Assembly: GCA_965204155.1 (NCBI GenBank)
Contig: OZ241971.1
Span: forward strand, 128,100 to 192,099
Origin: Candidatus Rariloculaceae bacterium
Lineage (GTDB): Bacteria; Pseudomonadota; Gammaproteobacteria; Steroidobacterales; Rariloculaceae
Length of the DNA stretch: 64,000 nt
Reading direction: 5' to 3'
Positions within the stretch are counted from its first letter, which is position 1. Every line of letters begins with the position of its first letter. The position numbers and the translations under genes are program-made. This document shows, one piece after another, positions 8,223-18,600 of this stretch. The notes below the pieces were generated by a model. It saw nothing but the letters and a program-made list of their open reading frames with translations, searched no databases and was not told the DNA's origin.

Positions 8223-8636
8223 ATGACAATGCATTACTCGAAGTTCGGATTCGCGGCCGCCGTACTGCTGTTTTCACTGCAAGGCGGCGCGCAGGTACCG
8301 GAGGACGGGCTGACGTCCCGCGAGCTCGGCATAAGCCTTGAATCACCGATTTCCCGTGTCGAACTGATCGAGCGCGGCGAAGCCGTATACAATTACTGGT
8401 GCAATACCTGCCACGGACCCGAGATGCTCAAGCCGGGTACCGCAGCGCTTGCAATCAAGTACCGCGGAGAACTCCCGGCCACGTTGACCGAGCGCACCGA
8501 CATGGTGCCGGAATTCGTGGAACTGATGGTCCGCGAGGGTATCTCGATGATGCCGTTTTTCAGGCCGACGGAAATCAGCAATGCGGACCTCGATGCCGTG
8601 ACCGCCTACCTCACACAAAATACCGGAGAACTATGA
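8223..8636 (+). CDS. Monohaem c-type cytochrome, probable small subunit of a p-cresol-methylhydroxylase-type flavocytochrome
   Basis: Signal peptide, a single CNTCH (CxxCH) haem motif, and a downstream Met-rich segment (SMMPFF). The stop overlaps the start of the flavoprotein gene (ATGATG at 8633). An alternative start at 8229 sits behind AGGGA. Confidence 0.75.
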   Translation: MTMHYSKFGFAAAVLLFSLQGGAQVPEDGLTSRELGISLESPISRVELIERGEAVYNYWCNTCHGPEMLKPGTAALAIKYRGELPATLTERTDMVPEFVELMVREGISMMPFFRPTEISNADLDAVTAYLTQNTGEL

Positions 8637-10246
8637 TGGCAATACCCCCGGGCGTTAACGAACAGGACTTCCGGATAGCGCTCGGCGAATTCGAGAGCGC
8701 CGTGGGCAGCGACTGGGTATTCACCGAGGACGAGGACACGCGCCTGTACCGTGACGCCTACTCGCCGGTACAGAACGAGCCCGAAGAGATTCTGGTGTCC
8801 GCCGCCGTCGCGCCGGACAACACGGAGGAGGTCCAGCAGGTCGTTCGCACCGCCAATCGCTATCGCATTCCGATTTATCCGATCTCGACCGGCCGCAACC
8901 TCGGCTATGGCGGTTCCGCGCCCAACCTGTCCGGTAGTGTCGTGCTGGATCTCAAGCGCATGAATCGCGTAATCGAGGTCGACGACAAGCGCCACTACGC
9001 CATCGTCGAACCGGGCGTGTCGTACTTCGACCTGTATCGCTACATCCAGGACCGCAATCTGAAGGTCCTCATCGACTGCCCTGACCCGGGCTGGGGCAGC
9101 GTGGTCGGCAACGCGCTCGATCACGGGGTCGGCTATACGTGGGGCGCCTATCGCGACCATTTCATCTCGCACTGCGGCATGGAAGTGGTCCTGCCGGACG
9201 GCGAGCTGATGCGTACCGGCATGGGCGCGCTGCCCGGCGCCGACACCTGGGGCGAATACCGTTACGGTTTCGGTCCGCACGTCGATGGCCTGTTCTCCCA
9301 GGGCAACTTCGGCGTGGTCACGAAGATGGGGTTTCACCTGTTCCCGGAGCCGGAAGCCTATCTGAAGGGAACCGTGTCCGTACCGGCGCGGCGCGACATC
9401 ATCGATCTTGTCGCGATCGTGAATCAGCTCGAACACGCCGGCCTGATCGGTATGCCGCGCTACAACACGCCGCTGACGGCGCATTTCTCCGAGCCCGAGG
9501 TCGCGGAGATTCTGAATCAGCCGTTCGCCCGTTCCGCGCAGGACCTCGAACGCTGGGCACAGGGCAACGACATGGCCTACTACCGCTGCGAACTCCAGTT
9601 CTACGGGCCCAGGGAAACCGTACGGGCCAACTGGAACTACGCACAGCGGCTGCTCGGCGATATCCCGGGCGCGAGATTCAGCCTCGATCATGAACTTCAG
9701 TGGCCTATCACGGCCGACGAAGTCGAGGGATTACACAAGGTGGCGCTCGGCATTCCGAACATGGAGATCTTCCGGCTGGGGACCCGGCCTGACGCCGACA
9801 CGCTGGGCTGGGACGGCGAGATGTGGTTCGCACCGCTCATCCCGAAGTCGGGGGAAGCCGTTTTGGAAGCGCAGCAAGTCTTCACCGAAGCCTTCAGGGA
9901 AATGGGGATGCGGTCGTTCACCCACCCGGCTTCCACCCCGGCGACCTGGATGTACCGGGCGTTTATCTTCATCATGGGATTCCCGGTATCGCGGATCGAC
10001 GTGGAGGCGAATCAGCGCCAGCGCGAGGCGTTTACGCACCTGGCGAACCTTGGCGCAGAGCGCGGCTGGGGCGAGTATCGAACGCCGCCGATCTTCCAGG
10101 ACCTGATCATGGGGCACTACTCGTTCAACGATCACGCGTTGCGGCGGTTCAGCGAGACCCTGAAGGATGCAGTCGACCCGAACGGTATCATTTCCGCCGG
10201 CCGCGGCGGTATCTGGCCGAAGCACATTCGGGAGCGCAGCGCGTAG
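8633..10246 (+). CDS. FAD-linked oxidase, 4-cresol dehydrogenase / vanillyl-alcohol oxidase family flavoprotein subunit
   Basis: About 537 aa. Family-typical N-terminus (FEDAVGSDWV-like: LGEFESAVGSDWVFTED...YRD) and FAD-binding PCMH-type domain (IPIYPISTGRNLGYGG, VVLDLKRMNRVIEVD). The ORF-track start at 8399 lies inside the cytochrome gene. The ATG at 8633 gives the expected length. Confidence 0.8.
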   Translation: MMAIPPGVNEQDFRIALGEFESAVGSDWVFTEDEDTRLYRDAYSPVQNEPEEILVSAAVAPDNTEEVQQVVRTANRYRIPIYPISTGRNLGYGGSAPNLSGSVVLDLKRMNRVIEVDDKRHYAIVEPGVSYFDLYRYIQDRNLKVLIDCPDPGWGSVVGNALDHGVGYTWGAYRDHFISHCGMEVVLPDGELMRTGMGALPGADTWGEYRYGFGPHVDGLFSQGNFGVVTKMGFHLFPEPEAYLKGTVSVPARRDIIDLVAIVNQLEHAGLIGMPRYNTPLTAHFSEPEVAEILNQPFARSAQDLERWAQGNDMAYYRCELQFYGPRETVRANWNYAQRLLGDIPGARFSLDHELQWPITADEVEGLHKVALGIPNMEIFRLGTRPDADTLGWDGEMWFAPLIPKSGEAVLEAQQVFTEAFREMGMRSFTHPASTPATWMYRAFIFIMGFPVSRIDVEANQRQREAFTHLANLGAERGWGEYRTPPIFQDLIMGHYSFNDHALRRFSETLKDAVDPNGIISAGRGGIWPKHIRERSA

Positions 10247-10374
10247 CCGCCGCCGAAGTGCCAGGACCTGGCAGTCCATTGCGAGAGTGCCCGGACACAC
10301 TGAGTCGCAGTCCGTTGCAGACTACCTGGCGGGCCGCGACCTACACTGAAATCAGACCGACAAGGAGAGTCCAG

Positions 10375-11139
10375 ATGCGATCTTCAATGCTTCTCACCAT
10401 GCTGTTGGCAGCGCCCGCCACATTCGCCCAGTTCGGCGATCCTCCCAACGAACTGCAGCAGGCCGTGATGGACGCCATGCAGAGCGAGATCAGAACCGCG
10501 GAAGAGCGTGCGCGCGACCGCAACCGTCAACCTGCGCAGGTGCTCGATTTCTTCCGGTTCGAACCCGACATGACGGTGATCGAAATCCTCCCGGCGGGCG
10601 GCTGGTACACGAAGATCCTGGGACAATTGCTCGGGGATGAAGGCAAGCTCTACGTGACCCATCCGGCGCCGACGTTTTACAGCGATCTGTTCGCCGGCGT
10701 GACGGACCTGGCCGGCATGGAAGGCGTGGAAGAACTGGACTGGGGCACGATGGCCCCCGCGGACCGTACGCCATGGATCGCCTCGGGCCCCTGGGATGTC
10801 GAGCCCGTGGACATGGTGCTGACGTTCCGCAACTATCACAACTTCACCTACGACGCGCGCATGACCATCAACAAGTCGTCGTTCGACGCGCTGAAGCCGG
10901 GCGGACTGTATGGCATCGTCGATCACACGCGCCGGCACATGGAGCCCGACAACACTGAGAACGGCCGGCGCATGGACCCCGTGCTCGTCATCAAGGAAGT
11001 CCAGGACTCCGGTTTCGTCTTCGTCGACTACAGCACGCTGTTGCGGCGGCCCGATGACGAACTGCGGTTCGAGGTCGGCCGGCGTACGGTGACGGGAAAC
11101 ACGGACCGATTCGCGCTGCTGTTCATGAAACCGGAGTAA
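10375..11139 (+). CDS. Signal-peptide-bearing class I SAM-dependent methyltransferase-like protein
   Basis: AAGGAGAG Shine-Dalgarno sequence 5 nt upstream of the ATG. Leader MRSSMLLTMLLAAPATFAQ. Motif-I-like VIEILPAGGWYTKIL and ALKPGGLYGIVDH, as in the 'predicted methyltransferase' family I recall as COG4798 (unverified). Confidence 0.65.
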   Translation: MRSSMLLTMLLAAPATFAQFGDPPNELQQAVMDAMQSEIRTAEERARDRNRQPAQVLDFFRFEPDMTVIEILPAGGWYTKILGQLLGDEGKLYVTHPAPTFYSDLFAGVTDLAGMEGVEELDWGTMAPADRTPWIASGPWDVEPVDMVLTFRNYHNFTYDARMTINKSSFDALKPGGLYGIVDHTRRHMEPDNTENGRRMDPVLVIKEVQDSGFVFVDYSTLLRRPDDELRFEVGRRTVTGNTDRFALLFMKPE

Positions 11140-11194
11140 TCCGCCCGCACGGACGGTCGACCGCAATCGACCGCGCCGGAAACAATGACCTGCC

Positions 11195-14100
11195 CTATTC
11201 CCTGCCCGCTTCGGCAATCATGACCAGCGAGGGCAGCAGGAACAGGATGAAGAGGCCCGAGAAGATCAGCCCGCCCAGCATGCTGACCACGAAGGGGACC
11301 AGGAACATCAGTATATCGCTTCGCTCATAGAGCAGCGGCGCCAGCGCCAGAACCGTCGTCAGGCTGGTCAGAAAGACTGCGCGGAAGCGATGCCGGGTGG
11401 CGGCCGATGCCGCGGCAATGGCAGGAAGCATCTCGTTCTCGCGGCGCAGGGTGTTGTATCGGTCCATCAGGACCAGCGCGTCATTCACGATCACGCCCGC
11501 AACACCGATCAGGCCGAACAGGGACATGAACCCATAGTCCCATCCCAGTATCCAGTGGCCGAAGACCGAACCGGCAAACGCGATCGGAACCCCGACGACC
11601 GCGATCAGGGGCTTCCAGTAACTCCTGAGAAACGCCGCGATGAGCACGTACATCGCAATCATCACCAGGGGGACGAGGACTCGCAGCGTGTCGAGCATGG
11701 ATCTCTCTTCCCTGGCGCTGCCGTCCGGCTCGATGACCAGGCCGGGGTACATTGCGAGCAGGTCGGGTATCACGTTCTGATTGACTTGCCGCCTGGCCAG
11801 CAGCGGTGTCACCACCGCGGGGTCGGCCTCGCCGGTCACCCTTGCGGTCTGCTGCCCGTCGATACTGGTCAGCGCCGACAACTCCCGTCGCTCAACCAGG
11901 TTCGCCACGGTGGACAGCGGGATCTCGCCAACGCCTCCGGGCCTGAATATTCGTTCGTTGGCCAGTTCGCGAAGGCTTTGGCGCTGCTCCTCGGGGTATC
12001 TCACCACCACCTTGATTTCGTCGGCGCCGCGCTGAAGCCGCTGTACCACCGCTCCGTGGAAATTCGAGCGCAACTGCGCGCCGATCGATCCGGTCGTCAG
12101 GCCGGCGGCGTGCCCTTCCGGCGTGAGCTCGATTTCCAGGTGCCGTTTGCCCAGCGCCTGACTGTTCGCAACCGCATAGACACCCGGTACGTCTTGCATA
12201 CCGGCAACCAGGTTGTTGGCGGCTTGCCGAAGAATCTCGGGATCGTCATGCTTTACGGCATAGGCAATTCCGGACACGGGCCGCGTGACTCCGGTGTAGT
12301 ACCTGATGTTCGCAAGGTATGAGACGTCACCGACATTCTCGCGCAACTGACGCTGGACCTCCTGAATGGACGCCTGGCGCTCCGGTCTGTCGTTCAGGTG
12401 AACCACGACCGAAGCCTGGTGACTGTTGATGCGCGCCAGCGCCTGATTGGGCGGCGCGAAGAAACTGCCGGCCATGACGCTGATCGACTCGATCGGTGTT
12501 CCGGTGCTCTGGCCGTTGATCCGTTGCGCCGCATCCACGAATCGCTCTGCCGTGGCAAGAGTCGTTGCGAAGGGCGTTCCCACCGGTAGCGCCAAGTCCA
12601 CCTGGAGGTCGTCGGACGCATTGATCATTTCATCGAAGTAGACGACCTGTACGGCTTCGCTGCGCATCAGCACCAGGGCAAAGACCACAATCACGGCGCC
12701 GCAGGTCGGCGCGAACCAGACGCGTTGCACCGACCAGGACACCGCCGGGACGACAATATTGTCCCGCATCGCGGCCAGCCGTTTCCGCACCCGGGCCTGA
12801 AAGTCGCTCAGCGGCGGGACGCTCCAATTCCTTTCGTGGGACAGGTGCGACGGCAGGATGAAGAAGGCTTCCACGAGCGAAACGACCAGCACGAAGAACG
12901 CCACGTACGGAAAGACACTGACCATCTGAACCCTGATCGGGGTGACGAACAGGAACGGCAGGAAGGCGAGAATCGTCGTCACGGCGCCGATGGTAATCGG
13001 CCCGACCATGGCTCGCGCTCCCGAAACTGCCGCCTCCAGTGCCCCCTTGCCGCGCTCCCGTTCCGCGGCAATGCTCTCGCCGACCACCACGGCATCGTCC
13101 ACGACGATGCCCACCATCAGGAAGAAGGCAAAGATCGTCCCGAGATTCAGCGTCATGCCCGTGGGAGCGAAGAAGATCAACGATCCCAGGAAGGACAGCG
13201 GAATGCCCACGGTGATCCAGACCGCGACGCGCAGGTCGAAGAACACGATGAGGCAAATGAAGACCAGAATGATCCCGATCACGGCATTCTGAACGATGAG
13301 CGAGATCCGCTCCACGGCATCGCCTGCGCGATCGTTCCACATTTCCACCGCGATACCGGCCGGGGCCGAATAACCGGCAAGCGAGTTCCTGATCTCCTCG
13401 CCCATCGCCACGATCGACTGCTGCTCCGCTGCGTCGACGCGGACGAACACCGCCGGATCGCCGTCCACCCGGGCAATGATGTCCTCGTCCACAAATCCGT
13501 CGCGGATGTCAGCCACATCGCCCAGCGTGAGCATTGTTCCGTCCATCCTGGCGATCAGCGGAATGTCCTCGAATTCTTCTCCGGTCTGCCGTTTCGCCAC
13601 CGTATGCAGTACCAGGCCGCCCGAGTCCGTGCGCAGTTCCCCAAACGTCAGGTTGAGGGACGCGCGCTCCACGGCGTTGGAGATCTGGAGGATGGTGAGC
13701 GAATGCCGCCGCATCTCTTCCTCGCTCAATTCGATGGTAATCTCGCGATCCCTCGTACCGAGCAGCGCCACCTGGGACACGGATGGCAACTCCAGCAGGT
13801 GCACGCGCAGATCCTCGGCCGCGAGCCGCAATTCGTCCTCCGTGGCCGATGCGGACGACACCGCGAGTGTCATGACCTCGATGTCGAGCCTGTCGTACTG
13901 GACTTCCGGTTGTTCGGCCGTCAGCGGCGGGAAATTCTCGATGCGGTCCACCGCACTCTGTACGTCGTCCAGAACCGCGTCGGCATTCGCGAAGGTTGCC
14001 AGCTCGACCCTGATCTCTCCCCGGCCTTCGTACGCCGTCGCTACAACGCGCTCCACGCCCGGCAGACCGACCACGTTCTCCTCTACCCGGCGTACGATGT

Positions 14101-14290
14101 CCTCCTCGACCTCCCTGGGAGAGGAGCCGGGAGAGACAACCGTCACCGATACGGATCTCAGATCGAGATCCGGATAACTCTGAACCGGAAGATTGCGTCC
14201 GGCAATCAAGCCGCCGACGATAAAGAACGCCATGAGCAGATTGGCGGCGATCGGATTCCCGGCGAAATATGCAATCGGCCCTGATCTCAC
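11195..14290 (-). CDS. RND efflux transporter permease (AcrB/AcrD/AcrF family)
   Basis: 1031 aa. Typical N-terminus (FAGNPIAANLLMAFFIVGG), 12-TM layout and two large periplasmic loops. Confidence 0.9.
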   Translation of the reverse strand: MRSGPIAYFAGNPIAANLLMAFFIVGGLIAGRNLPVQSYPDLDLRSVSVTVVSPGSSPREVEEDIVRRVEENVVGLPGVERVVATAYEGRGEIRVELATFANADAVLDDVQSAVDRIENFPPLTAEQPEVQYDRLDIEVMTLAVSSASATEDELRLAAEDLRVHLLELPSVSQVALLGTRDREITIELSEEEMRRHSLTILQISNAVERASLNLTFGELRTDSGGLVLHTVAKRQTGEEFEDIPLIARMDGTMLTLGDVADIRDGFVDEDIIARVDGDPAVFVRVDAAEQQSIVAMGEEIRNSLAGYSAPAGIAVEMWNDRAGDAVERISLIVQNAVIGIILVFICLIVFFDLRVAVWITVGIPLSFLGSLIFFAPTGMTLNLGTIFAFFLMVGIVVDDAVVVGESIAAERERGKGALEAAVSGARAMVGPITIGAVTTILAFLPFLFVTPIRVQMVSVFPYVAFFVLVVSLVEAFFILPSHLSHERNWSVPPLSDFQARVRKRLAAMRDNIVVPAVSWSVQRVWFAPTCGAVIVVFALVLMRSEAVQVVYFDEMINASDDLQVDLALPVGTPFATTLATAERFVDAAQRINGQSTGTPIESISVMAGSFFAPPNQALARINSHQASVVVHLNDRPERQASIQEVQRQLRENVGDVSYLANIRYYTGVTRPVSGIAYAVKHDDPEILRQAANNLVAGMQDVPGVYAVANSQALGKRHLEIELTPEGHAAGLTTGSIGAQLRSNFHGAVVQRLQRGADEIKVVVRYPEEQRQSLRELANERIFRPGGVGEIPLSTVANLVERRELSALTSIDGQQTARVTGEADPAVVTPLLARRQVNQNVIPDLLAMYPGLVIEPDGSAREERSMLDTLRVLVPLVMIAMYVLIAAFLRSYWKPLIAVVGVPIAFAGSVFGHWILGWDYGFMSLFGLIGVAGVIVNDALVLMDRYNTLRRENEMLPAIAAASAATRHRFRAVFLTSLTTVLALAPLLYERSDILMFLVPFVVSMLGGLIFSGLFILFLLPSLVMIAEAGRE

Positions 14291-14377
14291 GGCAGCTCCT
14301 TGAATTTCAACTTTCTGGTCGCGCAGGCGGTCTGGCTGGCAGGGCGGAGTATTTCTTGCCCCACATTTGAGTGGGGG

Positions 14378-15463
14378 CTAGGGCCCGCTTTCCATCACTT
14401 CGACCTGCAGTCCCTCTCGCGCGCCGGGCAACGTGCCGACGACGACCCCCTCTCCACTGTCGAATGCCTCGACCACCAGGCCCGCACTCGTGCGCCCGAT
14501 CGCCCGTGGCGCAACGGAACTCAGGGCGCCATCGCTGACGATCCAGACCGTATCCCTTTCCTGCAGGACGGCTTCGGGCAGCACATACACGTTTTCGAAC
14601 GCGGGCCCGTCGATTTCGACCGCCACGAACGTGTTCGGAAGGGGCAGCGACTCCGTCGGCTGATCGCCCGAAAACTCGAAGAACACCGATGCCAGGCGCG
14701 TCTGCGGCGCGAGTACGGAGGAAACTCGCACGATTTCCGCGTCGTATACGGCCGAATCCGCATAAACTCGAGCGGTGCGCCCGATTGCCGGCTCCAGGTA
14801 GTCCAGGTCGTCCAGGCTGACCGGTGCGTCAACCTCCAGGTCGTCGGGCCGATAAACAACGCCCATGATCGCCTGGGCGTCGACATACTCCTGGGGACCG
14901 ACCAACTCCCCGACACTCGTATCGGCCGCGATGACCCGCACATCGTACGGAAGCGAAATTTCGGTTCGGCTGAGTTCAAGCTCGGCCAGCCCCAACGCCG
15001 CCCGGGCGCTCTCCAGTGCAGCCTGCGCCGCACTACCGCCCTGGGCCGCCACTCTGGCTTCGGCCTCGGCGACCAGGCCTTGAGCCGCCGCGACCTGTAG
15101 TTCGTACTTTGCCGGATCAATCCTGACTATGGGTTCGTTCGCGGCGATCGTTCCCCCGTTGCTGAAGTTTGGCGATACCCAGCTTATGCGGCCCTCCACC
15201 TCGGACATCACCGACACGCGATCCTGCGCTTTCACCGTACCCGTCAGCTCGACCGCAAGCGACTGCGAGGTCGGTGTCGGCTGGATGACGTTGACAACAG
15301 GAGTCCCCGAGCCGCTCGCGACACCGGAACCGACGTCCAGTTCCACGCGAGTCGGAGCCCGCGCAAAGTACAGGGCGACAATCACCACGACCAGTATCAG
15401 GACTGGCTGTGCGTACCCGAGCCACTGGCGGCGGCCGGTGCTATCGGCTGGTTCGTTGGACAT
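14378..15463 (-). CDS. RND efflux periplasmic adaptor (membrane fusion protein, HlyD family)
   Basis: Single N-terminal TM (VLILVVVIVALYF), a coiled-coil Ala-rich hairpin and beta-barrel segments. Lies upstream of the RND permease. The start was chosen at ATG 15463 (MSNEPAD). Confidence 0.8.
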   Translation of the reverse strand: MSNEPADSTGRRQWLGYAQPVLILVVVIVALYFARAPTRVELDVGSGVASGSGTPVVNVIQPTPTSQSLAVELTGTVKAQDRVSVMSEVEGRISWVSPNFSNGGTIAANEPIVRIDPAKYELQVAAAQGLVAEAEARVAAQGGSAAQAALESARAALGLAELELSRTEISLPYDVRVIAADTSVGELVGPQEYVDAQAIMGVVYRPDDLEVDAPVSLDDLDYLEPAIGRTARVYADSAVYDAEIVRVSSVLAPQTRLASVFFEFSGDQPTESLPLPNTFVAVEIDGPAFENVYVLPEAVLQERDTVWIVSDGALSSVAPRAIGRTSAGLVVEAFDSGEGVVVGTLPGAREGLQVEVMESGP

Positions 15464-15681
15464 GTTGGTTTCCGGTGCCCGTTGGAGTGCAGAGTTTACG
15501 TTGTTGCAGTGTTTGTTCTTGCGTTTTGTGCATAACCGAGACCAATATCTCGCGCCTGCCCCAGAGAGAATACCCGCAACATCGGTTCGATAAAAGTCAC
15601 CGGCTCGTTTTGCCATCGGCCGTTGTCTGCAGGATCACTACACACACTCAGTGCAGTGCGCCCGTTGGCAGGGTATCCGCG

Positions 15682-18600
15682 CTAGCGAAAATCCCTCGAC
15701 TGCGTCGGCAGTTCTCCCAGCAGCCCGCTGTGATCGCTGAGCTGCCTGGCGACGATGTGCACCACGGCGCCCTCCCTTTGCACCTCGCCATGGACGCCCA
15801 GCAACGTCGCGCCCAGCAGAACCTGCCGCTGCCGTTCGGCTACCCGCTCCCACACCACCAGGTTCAGATACCCCGTCTCGTCCTCTATGGTCACGAAGAT
15901 GACGCCGGAGGCGCTGGAGGGCCGTTGGCGCGTGATCACCAGGCCCGCGGCATGAACGGCGGCGCCATTGGGGGACTGCAGCACCTCGCCGGCGGGCTGC
16001 AAACCCACCGAGGTCAGCCGGTCCCTGAGCAACGCCAGGGGATGGCGGCGCAGACTGAGGCCCAGATGCTGGTAGTCGGCCAGGACTTCCTGACCTTCCG
16101 TCGGCGCCTTCAGCATGGGAATGCCCTCGGCGATGCGGGGTTGGCCGAGCAGCGGCGTCGGTTTCTCCACGCCGGCAGCATCCCAGTGGGCGCGGTGGCG
16201 GTTCCTTGCCAGCGACTCCAGTGCCCCGGCGCCGGCCAGCACGTCCAGTTCATGGTTGCCGAGCTGCGCCCGCTCCGCCAGTTCCGGCACGGATCCGAAA
16301 GCATTGCCGGGTTGAAAATCCCCGGATCGGGCGTCACTGTGCCGAACATTCCCGGACCGGGCGTTCACCAGCCGCTCGGCGGCATGCTCCGCCAGACCCT
16401 TGACCCGGTTCAATCCCAGCCGCAGCACCGGCCGGCCGGTCGCATCGCGCTCCAGCGTCGACTCCCAGTCGCTACAGTTGACATCCACCGGTCGGACTTC
16501 CACCCCATGCTCCCGGGCACAACGGACCAGTTGAGCAGGTGCGTAGAAGCCCATGGGCTGACTGTTGAGCAACGCACAGAAGAAGACCGCAGGCTCATGA
16601 CACTTGAGCCAGGCGGAGACGTACGCCAGCAACGCGAAGCTCGCGGCATGGGACTCCGGGAAGCCATAGTCTCCAAACCCCTTGATCTGGTTGAAGATCC
16701 GCTCGGCGAATTCCGGCGAATAACCGCGCTCGGCCATGCCAGCCTTAAGAAGGCTTTCAAAGCCTTCCAGCCCTCCCCGCCGCTTCCAGGCCGCCATGGC
16801 CCGGCGCAGCCGATCCGCTTCGCCCGCCGTGAAACCCGCCGCCACCATGGCGATCTGCATGACCTGTTCCTGGAAAATGGGAACCCCCAGCGTTCGCTCC
16901 AGAACCTGCTCGATCTCCGGACTGGGATAGGAGACGGGATCCTCGCCGTTGCGCCGCCTGAGATAGGGATGGACCATGTCGCCCTGGATGGGCCCCGGCC
17001 TGACGATGGCCACTTCGATGACCAGGTCGTAATAGCACCGGGGCCTGAGGCGCGGCAGCATCGCCATCTGCGCCCGGGATTCGATCTGGAACACCCCCAC
17101 CGTGCCGGCCTCGCAGATCATGTCGTAGACCGCCGGATCCTCCGCCGGAAGACTGGCCATGGTGTATTCGCGGCCGTAAAAACCGCGGATCAACTCGAAG
17201 CTGCGGCGAATCGCGCTCAACATCCCCAGCCCGAGCACGTCCACCTTGAGCAGCCCCAGATCCTCCAGATCGTCCTTGTCCCACTGGATGACCGTGCGGT
17301 CCTTCATGGCCGCGTTCTCGATGGGCACCAGCCGGCTCAGCAGCCCCTGCGAAATGACGAATCCCCCCACATGCTGGGAAAGGTGCCGGGGAAACCCCAC
17401 CAGCTCACGAACCAGGCCGGCGAGGCGCCGGATGACGGGGGCCTGCGGGTCGAATCCCGCCTCGACGATCTGTTGCGCGGCGACCTGCGTGCCGTCCCAC
17501 CACTGCACCGACCTGGCCAGAACGCCGACCTGCGCTTCTTCCATCCCCAGGGCCTTGCCCACGTCGCGGACCGCACTCCGGGTGCGATAACTGATGACCG
17601 TGGCGGCCAGCGCGGCGCGTTCGCGCGAGTACTTCCGGTAGATGTATTGAATCACCTCCTCGCGGCGCTGGTGCTCGAAATCCACGTCGATATCGGGCGG
17701 TTCGTTCCTCTCTTTCGAAATGAACCGCTCCATGAGCATTTCCATGCGCGCGGGATCCACTTCGGTGATGCCCAAGCAGTAGCAGACGGCCGAATTGGCC
17801 GCCGAACCGCGGCCCTGGCAGAGGATGCCCCGGCCGCGGGCGAACCGGACGATGTCGTGAACGGTGAGGAAATAGGCCTCGTAGCGAAGCTCGCCGATGA
17901 GCTTCAGTTCGTATTCGACCAGTTCCCTGACCTTCGCAGGCGCTCCGTCCGGCCAGCGCCAGCGCATGCCCTCTTCGGTGAGGTCGCGCAGATGGCTGGC
18001 GGGCGTGGCCCCCTCCGGAACCAGTTCGCGGGGATATTCATAGCGCAGTTCGTCCAGGGAAAAGTCGATGCGCTCGGCGACGGCCAGCGTTTCCTTCAAC
18101 AGGCGCCCGGGATATATCCTGGCGAGTTCCCCGATGGGCCTCAGGTAGCGCTCGCCGTTGGAATAAAGCCCGAAGCCCATCTTCCGCAGCGGCTGCCCGA
18201 GGCGAATGGCGGTGAGCGTATCCTGCAGCCGCCGGCGCTCGCGGCAGTGCATGTGGACGTTGCCGCTGGCGAGCATCGGCAGACCCAGTCTTGCCGCAAC
18301 GTGCCGCCATCGGGTCAACAAGGTCCGGTCCCTGCCCGTCATCAGCAGTTCCGCGGCCAGCCACAGGCGGCGGGAGAAACGTTCCTTGAGCCAGGCGCCT
18401 TCCCGCAGGACCGCCGCCGTCCCCGGCGACGCCCCCGGCAACCACAGGATCAGGCATTCCGAAGGCGCCAGATAGTGCTCGAAGTCTTCCCGGGTCAGGC
18501 AATAGGCACCCTTTTCGGCCGCCCTCCGCGCGTGGCTGATGAGCGCCGAAAGCGTTCCGTAGGCGGCGAGGTCCGGCGCCAGCACGACGGTCCCGATGCC

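Noticed and set aside
8399-8632. N-terminal 78-codon extension of the flavoprotein ORF
   Set aside because: This part overlaps the cytochrome c gene in another frame and translates to an Arg/Gly-rich sequence. The family-typical N-terminus begins at the ATG at 8633, which overlaps the cytochrome stop.
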